Below are positions 24,991-39,470 of a stretch of DNA of 64,000 nt, in pieces (the first letter of the stretch is position 1; every line of letters starts with the position of its first letter). The translations under genes were made by a program, and so were the position numbers. The notes under the pieces were generated by a model. The model did no database searches and was not told where the DNA came from. It worked only from the letters and a program-made list of their open reading frames with translations. Source of the stretch: Eledone cirrhosa (Eukaryota); NCBI GenBank assembly GCA_964016885.1, contig OZ024740.1:108996001-109060000 (forward strand), in the 5' to 3' direction.

Positions 24991-26956
24991 TTTCAATATG
25001 CTTGAAATGTATCAGCAGTTAGTTAGCTTCTAGACTGCTTTCTTTAAGATTGATTGAAGCAATATGTCTTATCACACCATCATCATATATCATTCATTTT
25101 CCTTGCAATCAAAGATTGGGCAGGTCATAACAGACCAAGTGAGTACTTAATCACAGCCAATGATCTCCCAAGTGGACCAGGGACTGCACTTTGCTTACAT
25201 ATGTTCCCTCACACTACAGAGTGTACCATGCATTTTATAATGGCACCTACTAGAGAGGTCATCATATTCGTAACACAACTGAAGAGTTCTCTTTTTGTTT
25301 TAGCAACTCTTTAAATCTTGGATGTCCTTCTTATCACCAACAAGAGCGTATTGGATAATTTATCTTGTTGCTGTTATTTAACCCCACATCAACTATGGTT
25401 AAGCAAACTTATAGTAAAAAGCATTCCAGCCATTAAAATTCTGTTTCATTTATATTTTCTGACTCATTCTTCTTGGTTTGTTTTAAAGTAACTATATTTA
25501 TCTAACAAAACTTCCACAGCCTTTGTTAAATTATGCTCCAAACATCAGCTTAATAATTAATAAATTAGTTATATTATTGATTCCTTGTAAATTCTTAATT
25601 ATTTTCAAAATGAATGGAAATATCTTTCTTAAGAAATATTGTAACAAAAAGCTTAAGAAGGCCAGATGTGATATGTATGAGATTTAGATGCAGTTTCTTG
25701 CTCAAAATTACAGCACTGAGTTTAACATATTTTGTGCATAAGCTTTTAAAAAAATTTAATTTATCTACAACTATTTAATGAAGTAACCATTCACTGAATA
25801 TCCTAATTGACTCCCCTCCCTTTCAATAAGTAAAACATTTAGTGATGAACTGATATGAACATCAACGGCACCAATCTTCCCCGCCTGTAAGGTTTTGTGA
25901 AAGCCATGGCCACTGCTTCTTTCTTAACCAGACCCACTAAGTAAAAAAACAACAAAATAAATGATTCTTTTAAATGTAAGATGAAATTAGCAATGAAGAT
26001 ATTCAAAAGATATTTTTTCAAAGCAGAAAAATCATTATCATCATCATTAATATACATCTACTTTCCATGTTAGCATGGGTTGGATGGCTAGAAACTGTCT
26101 GAGACCTGAGTGATTGGAAACCATGTCTACCAACATTAGAGAGGCTGTCAGGTTCTTGACAAGGGTAGAGGGTCCTTTCTATTCTATGTTGTCTCTGTCT
26201 GTTTGTCTACCACTTTTTATGGAGGAGGGGGTACTGTGTGTATTCCATTGTGATACCAACACTGTTATCTCATCCTCAACAGGCTAAAAAATGACATCAC
26301 TCTATGCTAGTTTTCAATCTCTCACCACATTTACTTTTAGCTTTGCAGTGCTAGTAATAAAGTAATAAAAAAATGTTTTTAGATTATTTCTCTCTAGGAT
26401 GAATGAACTGGGAAATTTAATTTTTTGATAGTTAGAAACATATATAAATATAAATGCAGAATAGAGAATTATAGTAATAAAAATGAAATTTTATTTCCTT
26501 TTTATTTAAAAAATTCAAAATTTGTAAAATAGAAAATAAAATAATGATAGAATCTCATTTATATATTTATGAGAATTTTTGAAAATACTAACTTCTAAGT
26601 TGTTTATTACCATTTTGAATGCCTATAGCAGGAAATGAACATGTTCATGGTTTAGGTTAGATCCACAGTTACAAACACTATCATTTACTTTACAAATATT
26701 CTTTGGAAATGCTTCTATGTGTTACATTTTCTTCATTCTTCTATTTTATAACTTTACGTCTATCAAAAAAAGCCCATTATCTTTTTAATGATTATTATTT
26801 GAGCCAGTCTGGAATAGAAGTAGTCTAATAATATTTCCAACTCTTCCACTAATGTACAGTTCTGACATTAGATAGGGCAATATTAGACATAATAGCAACT
26901 GAAAAATATTTTATTTTCATTTGTCTTTTTTTTTTTAAATTATACTTTAAGAACAG

Positions 26957-27125
26957 GCATAGTTTAGTGGTTAAAACGTTTGTTTCACAACCCACTACAC
27001 ATCTTGGACATGGTTGAGTAGTTAAGACATTTGTTTCACAACCCACTACACAACACCTTGGACATGGCTGAGAGGTTAACACATTTGTTTCAAAACCCAC
27101 TGCAAAACATCTTGGACATGGTTGG
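26957..27125 (+). repeat. Three ~53-bp tandem copies of a SINE head fragment
   Basis: g(g/a)catggttgagtagttaagacatttgtttcacaacccactacaca repeated; resembles the SINE head at 34895. Confidence 0.7.
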
Positions 27126-27264
27126 TGATGATTGATCTCAAGATACTGAACCTCACAAAGGAAATGACAAAGGAAAAAAACAAGTAAGAAGATGTTTACT
27201 GGAGAGGGCTCATCTAATCTATGCAAACATTGAAAAATGGATAAAAACACAATATATATATATC

Positions 27265-28250
27265 ATGATGATGATGATGATCATCATTGTTGTTTTAATG
27301 TCTGCTTTCCTTGCTAGCAAGGGTTGGACGGGTCTACATAGACCAGGTTAGTACTGAAGCGGTGGCTACTGATCTCCCAGACAAACCAGGGGTTTGTCAT
27401 CTCTCATATGTACAGTCATGTACAGGGGAGGCTGTCATGTTTTTAACACAACTAAGGGTCCTCCCAAACCTTTGTTTGGCCTGCTTTCTACGACTGGATG
27501 ATCTTCCTTTACCAACCACTTTACAGCGTGTACTGGGTGTATTTATTGTGTACATCGCCAAACACTAGGGAGGCTGTCCCACCTTGGCTTGACTGAAGGG
27601 TCCTCCCAATGCTTTGGTTAGCTGGCCATCCACTGCTGGATGCCCTTCCCATCACCAACCACTTCACAAGGCAACAGCAGCTAGGAGTGTGTGTGGCAAA
27701 GGGGCATGTGGTGTGCGTGATGAGGGTTGTAGTGATATCAGGGATAGTTGTTGGTGAGCTGTGGTGGAGGGGGGAGGGGGGGGTCAGGCTAAATTGTATG
27801 TTGCAGGTCGGGTCTTATTTAGCACCACATAGTGCCAGCCTTCGAACTTTAGTAATTTCTGTTGTGAGGTTTAGTTTCTTAAGGTCAGCTTTCACAACCT
27901 CATCCCATGTCTTTCTGGGTCTACCTCTTCCACAGGTCCCAGCAACTGCAGTTTTTCTGTATTTCTTTATGCAGCTGTTATCTTCTATGCACATCACATG
28001 CAGTCTTCTCTCTTGCATATTACATCCAATTCCTCTTATGCCCAGTTTTTCTCTCAGTTTGCTTATGCTATGTCGTTCATGCACACTAACATTACAAATC
28101 CATCGGAACAATCTCAACCCATTTTTTTCTAGCCTCTGCAGATCTTCTGTAGTCAAGGCCTAGGTTTCACTGCTATGTTACATTGCGGTTCGTGCACAGG
28201 CATCATACAGTCTACCCTTCACTCTAAGAGAAAAGCATTTTGTTGTTAGC
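27265..28250 (-). mobile_element. Older RTE LINE 3' fragment
   Basis: ORF 27815-28156 EDLQRLEKN...GRGRPRKTWDEVVKADL; (CAT)n tail. Confidence 0.85.
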
Positions 28251-28865
28251 AATCTCTCTCTCTCTCTATATATATATATATTTTGCCCGTGAAAATATCT
28301 GTGTGTGTCATCAAATGTTGTACACACATAGATATTTTTTCAATTTCCAATTGAGTTCTTAGCACGTGGCCTGAATTCCTTTTAGAGTTCATTGTCATGC
28401 GCATGTATTGTTTTTTTGGCGGTAATTTACTTCCTCATTTTTGAATCAGTTTGAGCACTTCTTTAGAACTGCTGGACTGGCAACCTGACAGATACCTCAG
28501 GTACAGATGATGATTATCGCTAAATACTGATGTTGGTTAGATTATCAATATTAGTATTATTGGGGCACCCACTGATGAATTATAAGAGCCCACTTGAATA
28601 TATATCTATTGATGGTATACAAGCTCCTACATAAATTGGTATAATTTAACCCAAATTGTAGGAATCCTATAATGAAACGAGACGTCCGTTTGGGAAGAGA
28701 TATATTCGATATGTCTCATATGAAATAATACAGCCAATTTTCCACGCAATACTTTTAGTTAGCACCCCGAACGCATAATTGGGAATATAACCACTTATTT
28801 CCTAATGTTTGTTGAGTGAGTTGGAATTTGGCCGGAGTATCGCTAAAAAGCTTTCTCCGATATTG

Positions 28866-28990
<125 letters not shown>

Positions 28991-31900
28991 TGAAAATGTG
29001 AGAATCTCAGATGCAGAAAATAACTGTAACAACAGTCAACTTAGAAAATTGGTTTGTTACAGTTATTTTCTGCGTCGGGGATTCCCACATTTTCAAATTA
29101 CCCATTGCTTTGATAATTTTTAGGACGGGGGCACATGTGTGCATGTGCCTGTGTACCAAACTTCTTAACCACAAACCCAAATGTGATATGTTAAAATAAT
29201 TTTGCTTCACTCCTGTTTTCACTCCTTTATTTTTAACTTGCAATGTACTGGGTTAACTATATCATAGTAATTTTTAACTAAAAAAAAAATAAGGTGGGGT
29301 GAGAGAACATAGAAACTATATATGACTTATATAACGAGTCTTACTCTGTGCTTGAAATTTGCATCATATACTAACGCATGCATGTGTGTGCAACACACAA
29401 GCAAATGATTGGCAATGGGTTGGTTATGTCACTACTCATTCTCTATGAATATCAGCATTTTAAACAAATATATGTTGTTGATGTGCCTACGCAGAATTCA
29501 ATGCTGCTGCAAAACAAACATGCCTATGATAGTAGGCAATTTCATGAATTTATATAAATATGTTTTCCACATAAATATGCGCAATTCTCTATTGACCAGC
29601 TCTAATCCTAATGTTTAATGTTGTATTTATTGTTAGACAATCAGCAATGGCAATTTATAAGCACCAGTAAATCTGTTTGTTCAAAGACTATGCTGTACTG
29701 TATTATCAATGATTTGTATTATTTCAACATTATAGGGTGGTGGATTGGCAGTATCAGTAGAGCTTCAGACAACATGCTTTGCAGCTTAGAGTTACAGTCC
29801 TTTACATTCTGCATTCTAGTTGCACCAAGTTTAGCTTTGCCTTTCATCCTTACGGAGTCAATAAAATAAAGCACTAGTAATGCACTGGGGTCAATTTAAT
29901 CGACTTTCCACTCCCTCCAAATTGATGGCCTTGTGTCTATAGTAGAAATCATTATTTCAACATTATCTTTATTAAAATTTTCATTTAAATGCAACCATAA
30001 GTGAATTTGCCAATAGTATTTACAAAAGGTACTATCTGATTTATATGCAGGTAAAAGTCTGAAGCCCAAAATAAAAAACACAGAGGGAGTATAACTTATC
30101 TAGTGCTGCAACTTATATATGAGCATATACTGCAATTGTCAAAAACAACTAAATAAACAGATGTTCAATTTACTGAATCCAGATAATTTGGTACCTTAAA
30201 TGTTACATGGAGCCACAATAAAAGGCATTTGGTAGAGTGTGGGAACATATGTAAGCAAGATATGGGTCCCTGCCTCATATAAGTGTTCAGTAGAGTGTTA
30301 GAATGTATGTAAGCGAATGCAGGCCCCCAGCCCATCTGAGGAGTCTGTAGCTTGATTTGAGTACTTATTCAGTCTGACAACCTGTTTAACTCTTGCTAGC
30401 AGGGAAAACTGACATTAAATGATGATGATGTGTATATATAATCATCACTGCTTAATGTCTATTTTCCATATTGCATGGGTTAGATGGGCTGTCATGTTAC
30501 AAAGCCAAAAAGGTCAGGTGAACTTGTCTTACTCATATGTTCCTTTGGGTTTAGTTTTCTACAGCTTCCTATACCAACCATTTCACAGTATGTACTGGGA
30601 GCTTTTTTACAGAGTGGATTGGGTTCTTTTTATTGTGGGACCAACATGACCATCTTATAGAGTTGACTGGGTGCTTTTTGTTGTGGTACTAACAATACCA
30701 CCTTACAGGGTGGGTTGGGTATGCTTTATTGTACCACTAGTGCTATGTCATTATGACATTTAGGTTCTTGTATCTTTAGGCGAACTGGGGAAGCAATGAT
30801 GAGAGAGGAAGCAACAGACTACATGTTACTTTCTAAAAAAGGGGTTTCATCTCATAGTTGAAGAGCAAGTGGCTTGCAATGGAGTGGCCTTGATGAGTGA
30901 GTTGCATTTGGAGTATATTGTGGAGCATGTCCTGCTTCCCATGCATGTATGGGTTTGAGAGGAAAAGTGTATTGGGGATGTGGCAGGAATTTAGGGTGAG
31001 CATCATCATTATCATTATTTAAATGGCTATTTTCTATACCAGCATAGGCTAAATGGGCTGTCATGCCCTGAGACTAAGTCAGTCAGGAGACCACATCATT
31101 AGTTCATACATTCCATTTTGGCATGGCCTCCAGGACAGCGAAATGAAAGAGTTGTTAGAATATCAGGCTCTTTGCATTTCTTTATCTTTCCAGAGTGAAT
31201 GAACTCTTCTGATAGGCCCTTGTAGTGACAAAAATAGAATGAAAGGGTTCAAAATCAAAGTTGCAGAGGTACTTCTCTGACATTTTATCTCTACAGAATA
31301 AATAAAAATAATTTATGACATAAGCACAGGGCTACAAATTTTGTAGGAGGGAATAGTCTATTAACCCTTTTGACAATAAACGACCTCAAACCACTCTTTG
31401 TACAAAGCCATTGTTTTGAAACATTTATATTTAAATTAAAACCTTGCGTCCATGATTTTATATAACAACTTTTGTTAAATATCAACTTAAAAATGAGAAA
31501 GTTAATTATATTACTAAATTCCTCAAAATTCTTGATTAAACTAATTAAAAATCATAGCATTTTTCATTGGAAATATGGTAACAAAATGGGTTAAACAAAT
31601 TCAAGTTTTCAACTGGTAATAGTCATAGTGACCTCTGACGACTGAAAAGCAAAGTTATTTTAGTATGTAAGGGAACGAAATACCATCAGGCACTTTGCCT
31701 ACCACATTATCAATAATATTTTTAACACTACAATAAGTAATATCAAACTAAAGATATTGTCATATTTCTAATGAAAGACACTGCTTATAATTTTCCAATA
31801 ATTCTTAAAATAATCAAGAATTTAGACATATTTAGTAATATAATTAATTTTCTCAGTATTGAACTAGTGTTTGGAACATACTTAAAAGTTCTTACATAAA

Positions 31901-34900
31901 ATTATGATGGACGGTTTTTAAATAAACACAAACACTTGACAAATAATGAGTTTAGTATCATACAAACAGGGCCAGTTTCAGACTGTTTGGTATCAAAAGG
32001 GTTAAAATAATAGTAGAGAAAAAGCAACTAATAGTTGATTGTATCACATCAACACTGATTAACATTTATATTGGAAAAACTATGTTAAAATATAATAAAA
32101 ACATTCACAAAGCTGCACCATTAAGTTTCTAATTATAAAATATCTCTGAAGATAATTCTCACTATGAATAATGTGTTAATTTAGCTATAAAATTCATCAT
32201 TTTCAACATAAACTTGAAAGCAAAAACTTGACTCATACCATAACAATTAAGAGTTGAAAAGAAAAGGCAACTTCTTTTGCTTGTATGATCAAATTAATAA
32301 AAATTATGCCTAGAAAAAGAAATTTTACCAGCGTTACAAACTGTATTATTGATAGTTAATTAAAACAGATAATTAAGATGCATTTTGAAAATTTAGACAA
32401 ATTTAATCATCATTATCATTATCCTTTGCAGCATAGAGTTATGGCCCTTTATGACCTGAGTTCAAATCCCGCCAAGGTTAACTTTGCCTTTCATCTTTAC
32501 GGTCGATAAAATAAAGTACCAGTAATACCCTGGGGTAATTGCTGACCTTGTGCCAAAAGTAGAAACAATTATCATTATCATTTTTCCATACTGGCATGGG
32601 TTGCACAGTTCATTACAAATGAAGTCGATACTTAATTTGGAGCTATTGCTCTCTTAGACAGGTCAGGATACCAGGTCTTGCTAACACACTTTCTAAATTT
32701 GGCAAGGTTTCTATGATTGAATGCTCTTCCTAACACCAACCACTTTATATCATGGCACCAATACTAAAGAAGTCATTATTTCCTTGACATGACTGAAGAG
32801 TCTTCTTTACCATTTGTTTGGCACATTTTATACAGCTGGATTCTCTTCTTAACACCAAAGCAAAAGCAATCATATATATGAAATCCATAGACATTGATGA
32901 TATACATCATTATCATTTTTACATCTGCTTTTTTATGCTGGCATGGGTCAGAAAAGACTTTTAAATGCAGGTTTTTTTACAGCCAGATGCCCTTCTAGAT
33001 GCCAACTCTTATTTTTAAATATGATATTTGTTGCTCTGAACTTCATTGAACCACTAAACTGTGAGACATAAACAAATGACACTACTTGCTTAAATGGTGT
33101 CATTAAGATAGGCACAGAGACATATATACAAGCACACATATACATAGATATTATCATCATTTTATGCTCACGTTTTCATGCTGGCATGGGTGGTACATAT
33201 ATGACAGTCTTCAGTGCAGTCTCTGTCTAACAATAGTAGAAGACACGCACCCAAGGTATCATTCGGTGGGATTGGAACTGAAACTACATGGTTACAAAGT
33301 AAAGTATGTAATCATGTGACCATGTCTGTGTTTATCATAAATCCAATAATTCTGTGCTCTCTAATAACTATTGATGAACAGTGAAAATGGAGAATGATAA
33401 AAGGCCAACTGAAATAACTACTAATTTGTACTTTAGAGTCCCAAAACAATCAATCCCATCTTATATAAGCTTGGTAAATCAAAAAATGAAACAGATCAAT
33501 TCTTTAGATCGATGAATTGGCTTAACCATGCAAACTCTAAACTGGAGAATATTTGGCAATATCAATCAATTACTATTTGATAAGCATTATAGCATTTATC
33601 AAGGTCAACAAGATATGAAATTATATCAAAGGAAATGGCATCTATTGATAAAAAAAATCTACCATATTCACACCACCTCTACTACACTTATCAACTCTGA
33701 ATTATCTAGCTCATTCTCAGTCTTGATGAGACAATTTTCTCACAAAACTGTTCTCTCTATTGATATTGATATGGTGTCTAAATTAGTAACCCTGCACCAA
33801 ACACTACCAATTCTTGATTTGAAGAACTGCATGTCTTCACATCTCCCACCAAACATTTATTAAGAATTTAAACTAAACAGTAACACTTTTGATAGCAAAC
33901 TGACTGAAACCACCCCTGGTTCACTGATATATAATTTCATGTAAAAACGTTTTTTTTTAAGTTATGCTCCAAACTCCAGCTTAATAATGAGAAAGTTAGT
34001 TATATTACTAAATTCCTCAAAATTATTGATTTTCAAAATGATATGAAGATCATAGATAGTGTCTTTCATTAGAAATATGGTAATAAAGTGGTTAACCCTT
34101 TTAATACAAAATTGCTTGAAACTACCCTTGGTTCTATGATGTAAAACTGTTTTTATGATACAAAACTGTTCATTCTAGTGTATATATTTATCTAAAACCC
34201 TTCCAGCCTAATTTTATATAAGAAACTTTGTTAAGTTATGTTTCAAACACCAGCTTAATAATGAGAAAGTTAGTTATACTACGAATCAAAATTATTTGAA
34301 AATTATAAGCGGAGTTTTTCATTAGAAATTTAATAATGAAAGGGTTAAATATTTAACTAAAAACGTTCCATCATAATTTTATGTAAGAACTTTTGCTAAG
34401 TTTTATCCAAAACACAAGACAAATAATTTCTAATTTAGGCACAAAAACAGAAATTTTTTTGCCAAGGGGAAAGTCGATTAAATCGACCTCAGTAATTTAC
34501 TGGTACTTTATCTTATCAATCCCTGGAAGAATGAAAGGCAAAGTTGAACTTGTCAATATTTGAACTTTGAACGTAAAGAGTCATAACAAATACTGCAAGG
34601 CATTTTGTCCAACACATTTAATCATTCTGTCAATTTATCATCCTCAAACATCAGATAAATAATTGTTTCTACATTTGGCACAGGGCCAGCAATTTGAAGG
34701 GAAAGGAGAAAATAAATTAAATCGACCCCAGAGCATGCGTTACTGGTAAGTTATTTTATCGATCTCATAAAGATGAAAGGCAAAGCTAACCTCAGTGGAA
34801 TTTGAACTCAGAACATAATGGGTCATAACTATATGCCACAAAGCATACTCTACCAATACTGCCAATCCATCACCCTTACACCAGACAAATAATAAGCGTG

Positions 34901-35448
34901 GCTGAGTGGTTCAGAAGTTCACTTCACAACCACATGGTTTTGTATTCAGTCCCACTGCATAGCACCTTAGACAAGTGTGTACTATAGACTCAGGTTGACC
35001 AATGCCTTGTGAGTTAAATTTGGTGGACAGAAATTACAGAAGATCATCATGTACATGTGTGTTTGCATCTGTGTTTTTCTTTATGTTCCATAACTTAGCA
35101 GTTTGACAACAAGATTTGAAACCAGTAGTAGTGGGCTCAATATAATTGACTAAAATCCCTTTTTGGCATTACCCTAGCAGAATGCTGGATGGGACGGGCT
35201 TATTGAGCTGTAGCCAGGGGCTCGTAATATTTAAAGGACTCCAAATTAATTCTTGTGCTATCATAATTAATACACATAGGCCCCAATGAACCTTTTAGCC
35301 AGAGGCCCCATGTAAACTTAATCCATCCCTGCCATGGCATGGCCAGTCTAATAACTAAATCACATTCTTGTTTATTTTCCAAATGATTAAAAATTCATAA
35401 GTAGTGACTTTCATTAGCGCTAGAATAATAAAATGGTTAATAAAATAA

Positions 35449-35809
35449 ACTGTATATACTTGTGTATAAGTCACCTCCCTAGTTTACATAAAATATATAC
35501 TGTACATACTTGTGTATAAGTCACACCTCTAGTTTACATAAAATATACTGTATATACTTATGTATAAGTGGCACCCCTAGTTTACATAAAATATACTATA
35601 TATACTTGTGTATAAGTGGCTCCCCTCAGTTTACATAAAATATACTGTATATACTTATGTATAAGTCATGCCCCCAGTTTACATAAGCATTCTTGTCTTA
35701 CATATAAGTTTGTATAGGTCCAGTATATAAATCACATAATAGTTTTCAAGTCACTGTGAACCCCTCCTCAATGTGGAAAACTGCAAATTATACACAAGTA
35801 TATACAGTA
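35449..35809. mobile_element. Tc/mariner-type MITE whose left end is amplified as 5 x ~49-bp repeats
   Basis: actgtatatacttgtgtataag at 35449, 35499, 35547, 35595, 35644; inverted ttatacacaagtatatacagta at 35788-35809. Confidence 0.7.
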
Positions 35810-37823
35810 ATCACTTAAACTAAGGAAGATGAGTAGTTGACCCTTGCCTTTCTCTTGGACAACATCCGTGGTGTGGAGAGGAGTAACTTGCAGTCATGAT
35901 CAACTGCTGGTCATCCAAAGCTTGCTCAAACTTTTATCTTGGAGAGACATATTACAGGTGTAGATTTATGGTTTCATAAGACATAGGAAGGCCTCAGATA
36001 TATAAATGCAATATCTATTATATATATAAATGCAAAATATCTATCAATATGCTGTAAAAATCATTAATAAGGAAACATATTTGGAAACTGACAGTTCTTC
36101 ATAATAAAGCCTACATTTACAATTCTAGGTAACAAATTGCCGTTAGGATGTTGGATTAAATGCCTCTGTATTTATTCCAGCCCACTCTGCTCTGAGCTCA
36201 AATCCACCAAGGCTATTTTTGCCTTGCATCATTCCAGGGTAAAAAAATAAAGTTGCAGTCCAAGGGTGATGGATTAGCAGAATTGGTAAAGAATAGGACG
36301 CTTTGGAGCATCTGATCCAAATTTGTGTGTTTTGAGTTCATATCTTGCCTCCTACAGCTAGATTCATCAGCAATAGAAAGACCAATGGAAATATTTCTGA
36401 CAATCGGTTCGCCCACCTCCTTACAACATTATTTATTTTAGATATTATTCAAAACACTGTCAGCCTCTAGATTAATTATGAATAAAAAGAAGAAAGTTTA
36501 AGTCTTGTTATCTTGTTAGAAAAACTAGTGATCTCACAAAACAAACATCTTAAAAGTTGAAGATGTTTGAGTATTTCAAAATATTTATTCCTGATAGAAC
36601 ATATCCATTAGGTATTCTTTTATTTGTTAACTTGTTTCAGTCATTACATTGCAGTCATATTGATCCCCAGTATTTATTCTTTTATGTTATTGATCATTTT
36701 TGTTGAACTTTTAAGTTAAGGGACACAAACAAATATGGAGGGACACAGAGACAGATACACACACAGAACATACTCTTTTGCATAGTTTTCATCAACCAAA
36801 TTTCACTTACAAGTCATTGGTTAACATGAGACTATAGTAGAAGACACTTGCTCAAGATACCATGCAATGGGCCTGAACTTGAAGTCATGTGGTTGTGAAG
36901 GAAACTCCTTAAATCTATGTCTGCATCTATCTATATAGTTATTATTATTATTTTCATTTAGGAATGTCCTTTTGGTTCTGATTTAATCTACTGTATATAC
37001 AGAGAAATATGTGAAAAAAAAAAAAAAATGATGGTAAAATAGGGAGAGGGGGTCTTATATTAGGTCAATATTTTGCCTATTTTTACCCACTTCAAAATTC
37101 TACCTAAATGAGGTTTTGACATGAAATTTGTATTTCTTGTTTTCTGTTTTGAATGAATATGCCCCTCAAAACAGTCAGAAATTGGTAAAAAATCATTATG
37201 TAATGGAGTTGTGAAACAAAAAACTATACCCTAAATGACACTTAAAACATTTCAAATATCATAATATTAAAACTTCATAAATATATTCTCCACTCATGAG
37301 AATTTCAAAAGCGTACAATCTAAACATAATGTGTTGATTACCTACCTTGGCTTATAAGTGGGGTTTGGATTTTTAGGGGAGGGGATTGGCTTATATTCAA
37401 GTATATACAGTAAGTATTTTTACTGGCATATTTTGAAAGCTGGCTTATAAAATTTTATTGCAGGAAAATATCACTTTTCTGTATTAACCACTCGATTATG
37501 ACATGCTTCTTAAATTAATATATTTGTGTTTACATTTAGCTCCTCTGCTTTCATTTGTGTAAATGGAAATAGTTGCTAAAGCTATTTAGACATAACTTTA
37601 AGGACTAAACTTCATTTAGATATTTCTCAGGCTATGTGTATCAAAATTAGAATGGATACAGTGTACTTCCACACATTGTAAGAAGCAATTAATGAGTTGG
37701 TGCCAGGATGGTAGCTGTGAAATGTGGCCTAAAAAAGGATCCCACAATGGGTATGCAGATTGCATGGGACCTGCAAGGCCAAACGCTGTCCTTGAAACAC
37801 ATGTTATATTATTATTGCAATAC

Positions 37824-38152
37824 ATGGAGGCACATGGCTTAGTGGTTAGAGCCTTGGCCTTGCAATCGAAAGGTTGTGAGTTCAATTCTCAGTCCGGGTG
37901 ATGTGTTGTTTCCTTGAGCAAGGCACTTTATTTCACATTGCTCCAGTTTACTCAGCTGTAGAAATGAGATGATAGGGACTGGGGTCCCTATCATTCCACT
38001 GCAAAGTGGTCGTGGAGGTGCCACGGCAAAAAAGCACCCAGCACTCACTGTAAATGAGGTTGGTGTTAGGAAGGGCATCCAGCTGTAGAAATCAAGCCAG
38101 AATCAGTTCCCATCCCACCCTTGCAAGCAGGGAAAAATGGACGTAAAATGAA

Positions 38153-38182
<30 letters not shown>
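37824..38182 (+). mobile_element. tRNA-headed SINE with an RTE-derived tail
   Basis: A and B boxes, central domain, atgatagggac/gtccctatcat hairpin, RTE 3' UTR tail, (GAT)n. Confidence 0.9.
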
Positions 38183-38183
<1 letters not shown>

Positions 38184-39299
38184 CTGTTGATTGAATATTT
38201 TATAAAATTAGTCATATAAAACATTATCTACTTTTATTGGAGAAGGGGTATCAATAAAATAAAATTAATAATTTGTTCTTCAGCTATTGGATCCATTAAA
38301 ACTAAAATATAATTTACTAATACCACATAAACACATATTAGTCACACCTATTTCCATCACAGAAATATGACATGTCAAGCCAGCATGTAACTTATCTACT
38401 GGACTTACAAACAAGCTCAATATTTCAAATATATAGTACATCTAAAATGTTCAGTGTAAAATGGCAATTTTATTTATCTACCATTGTAGCTTATACACAA
38501 GTATGTGTTGTAGGACCTCAATCAACTCATGAAATTAATGTGCAATGGCTGAGCATTCCACAGGCACATGTACTTTCAACATAACTCAAGGAGATTCAGC
38601 GATTAGATAGGCAAACAGAGTAGTAACTGCAAGCAAAAATCCTCCATCATTTACCATCTTATAAATATCAACCCCATCATTATTCAAAATTGTAAATCAA
38701 CGGAGAAATATATGGATAAATAAATAACTTCAAAAATTAAATTTTCTTTTTCAATTCTATTTTTCACATTTTCAATTTTGATATTTGAATAACTAAACAT
38801 TTAAAGGAATTTTCTCTATATATTTACAACTGCTACAACAATTTCCTTTTTATTCATCTTTATAAGGGATAAGAAAATATATAATTATGCAAATTATATT
38901 TATACTTATTTTCATTATTAGATTTGATAAATTTTAACATGGATTCCTAATGCATAATTTTTATAAGAATGCTATAAGAAACACTTATTGATAAAAGGAC
39001 ATATATATATATACTTACTATTTAATTAAATCAATTATATATACAGGGTTTCCTCCAAAATGTATACACACATCAACAGCATTCTAATAAATATGTGCAT
39101 ACATTTTTGGGGGACACCCTGTATATATATATACATTTTCCACAAAGAAGTACTTGATACATGGTATGATGCAGAGTAGGTATATTAGTAAAAGTAGAGG
39201 ATCGACTGTGAGCTTGGCAGTTTCAGCTAGTTACCTGAGAAGAGGTAACTACCCAAAACTGTCAAGCTCGTGGTTGATCCTCTATTTTTACTAATATAC

Positions 39300-39470
39300 A
39301 TATATTACCCTAGAGCAGTAACTAAGGCTATAATTAACAGTGTATCTAAGAGAATTTCTATGCAGTCAGTGAATAGTGAAATTTTCGACAGCAAAGTAGA
39401 TTACTATAATGATGCACTAGCTAGAGCAGCATATAAGGGAAAACATAACATACACACTAAGATATAGAAA
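39300..39470 (+). pseudogene. PLE RT C-terminal remnant
   Basis: YPRAVTKAIINSVSKRIS...FDSKVDYYNDALARAAY parallels the PLE peptide at 45080-45250. Confidence 0.6.

Noticed and set aside
33420-33863. Possible very old PLE RT remnant
   Set aside because: Only faint motif resemblance with many stops; cannot be supported without a profile search
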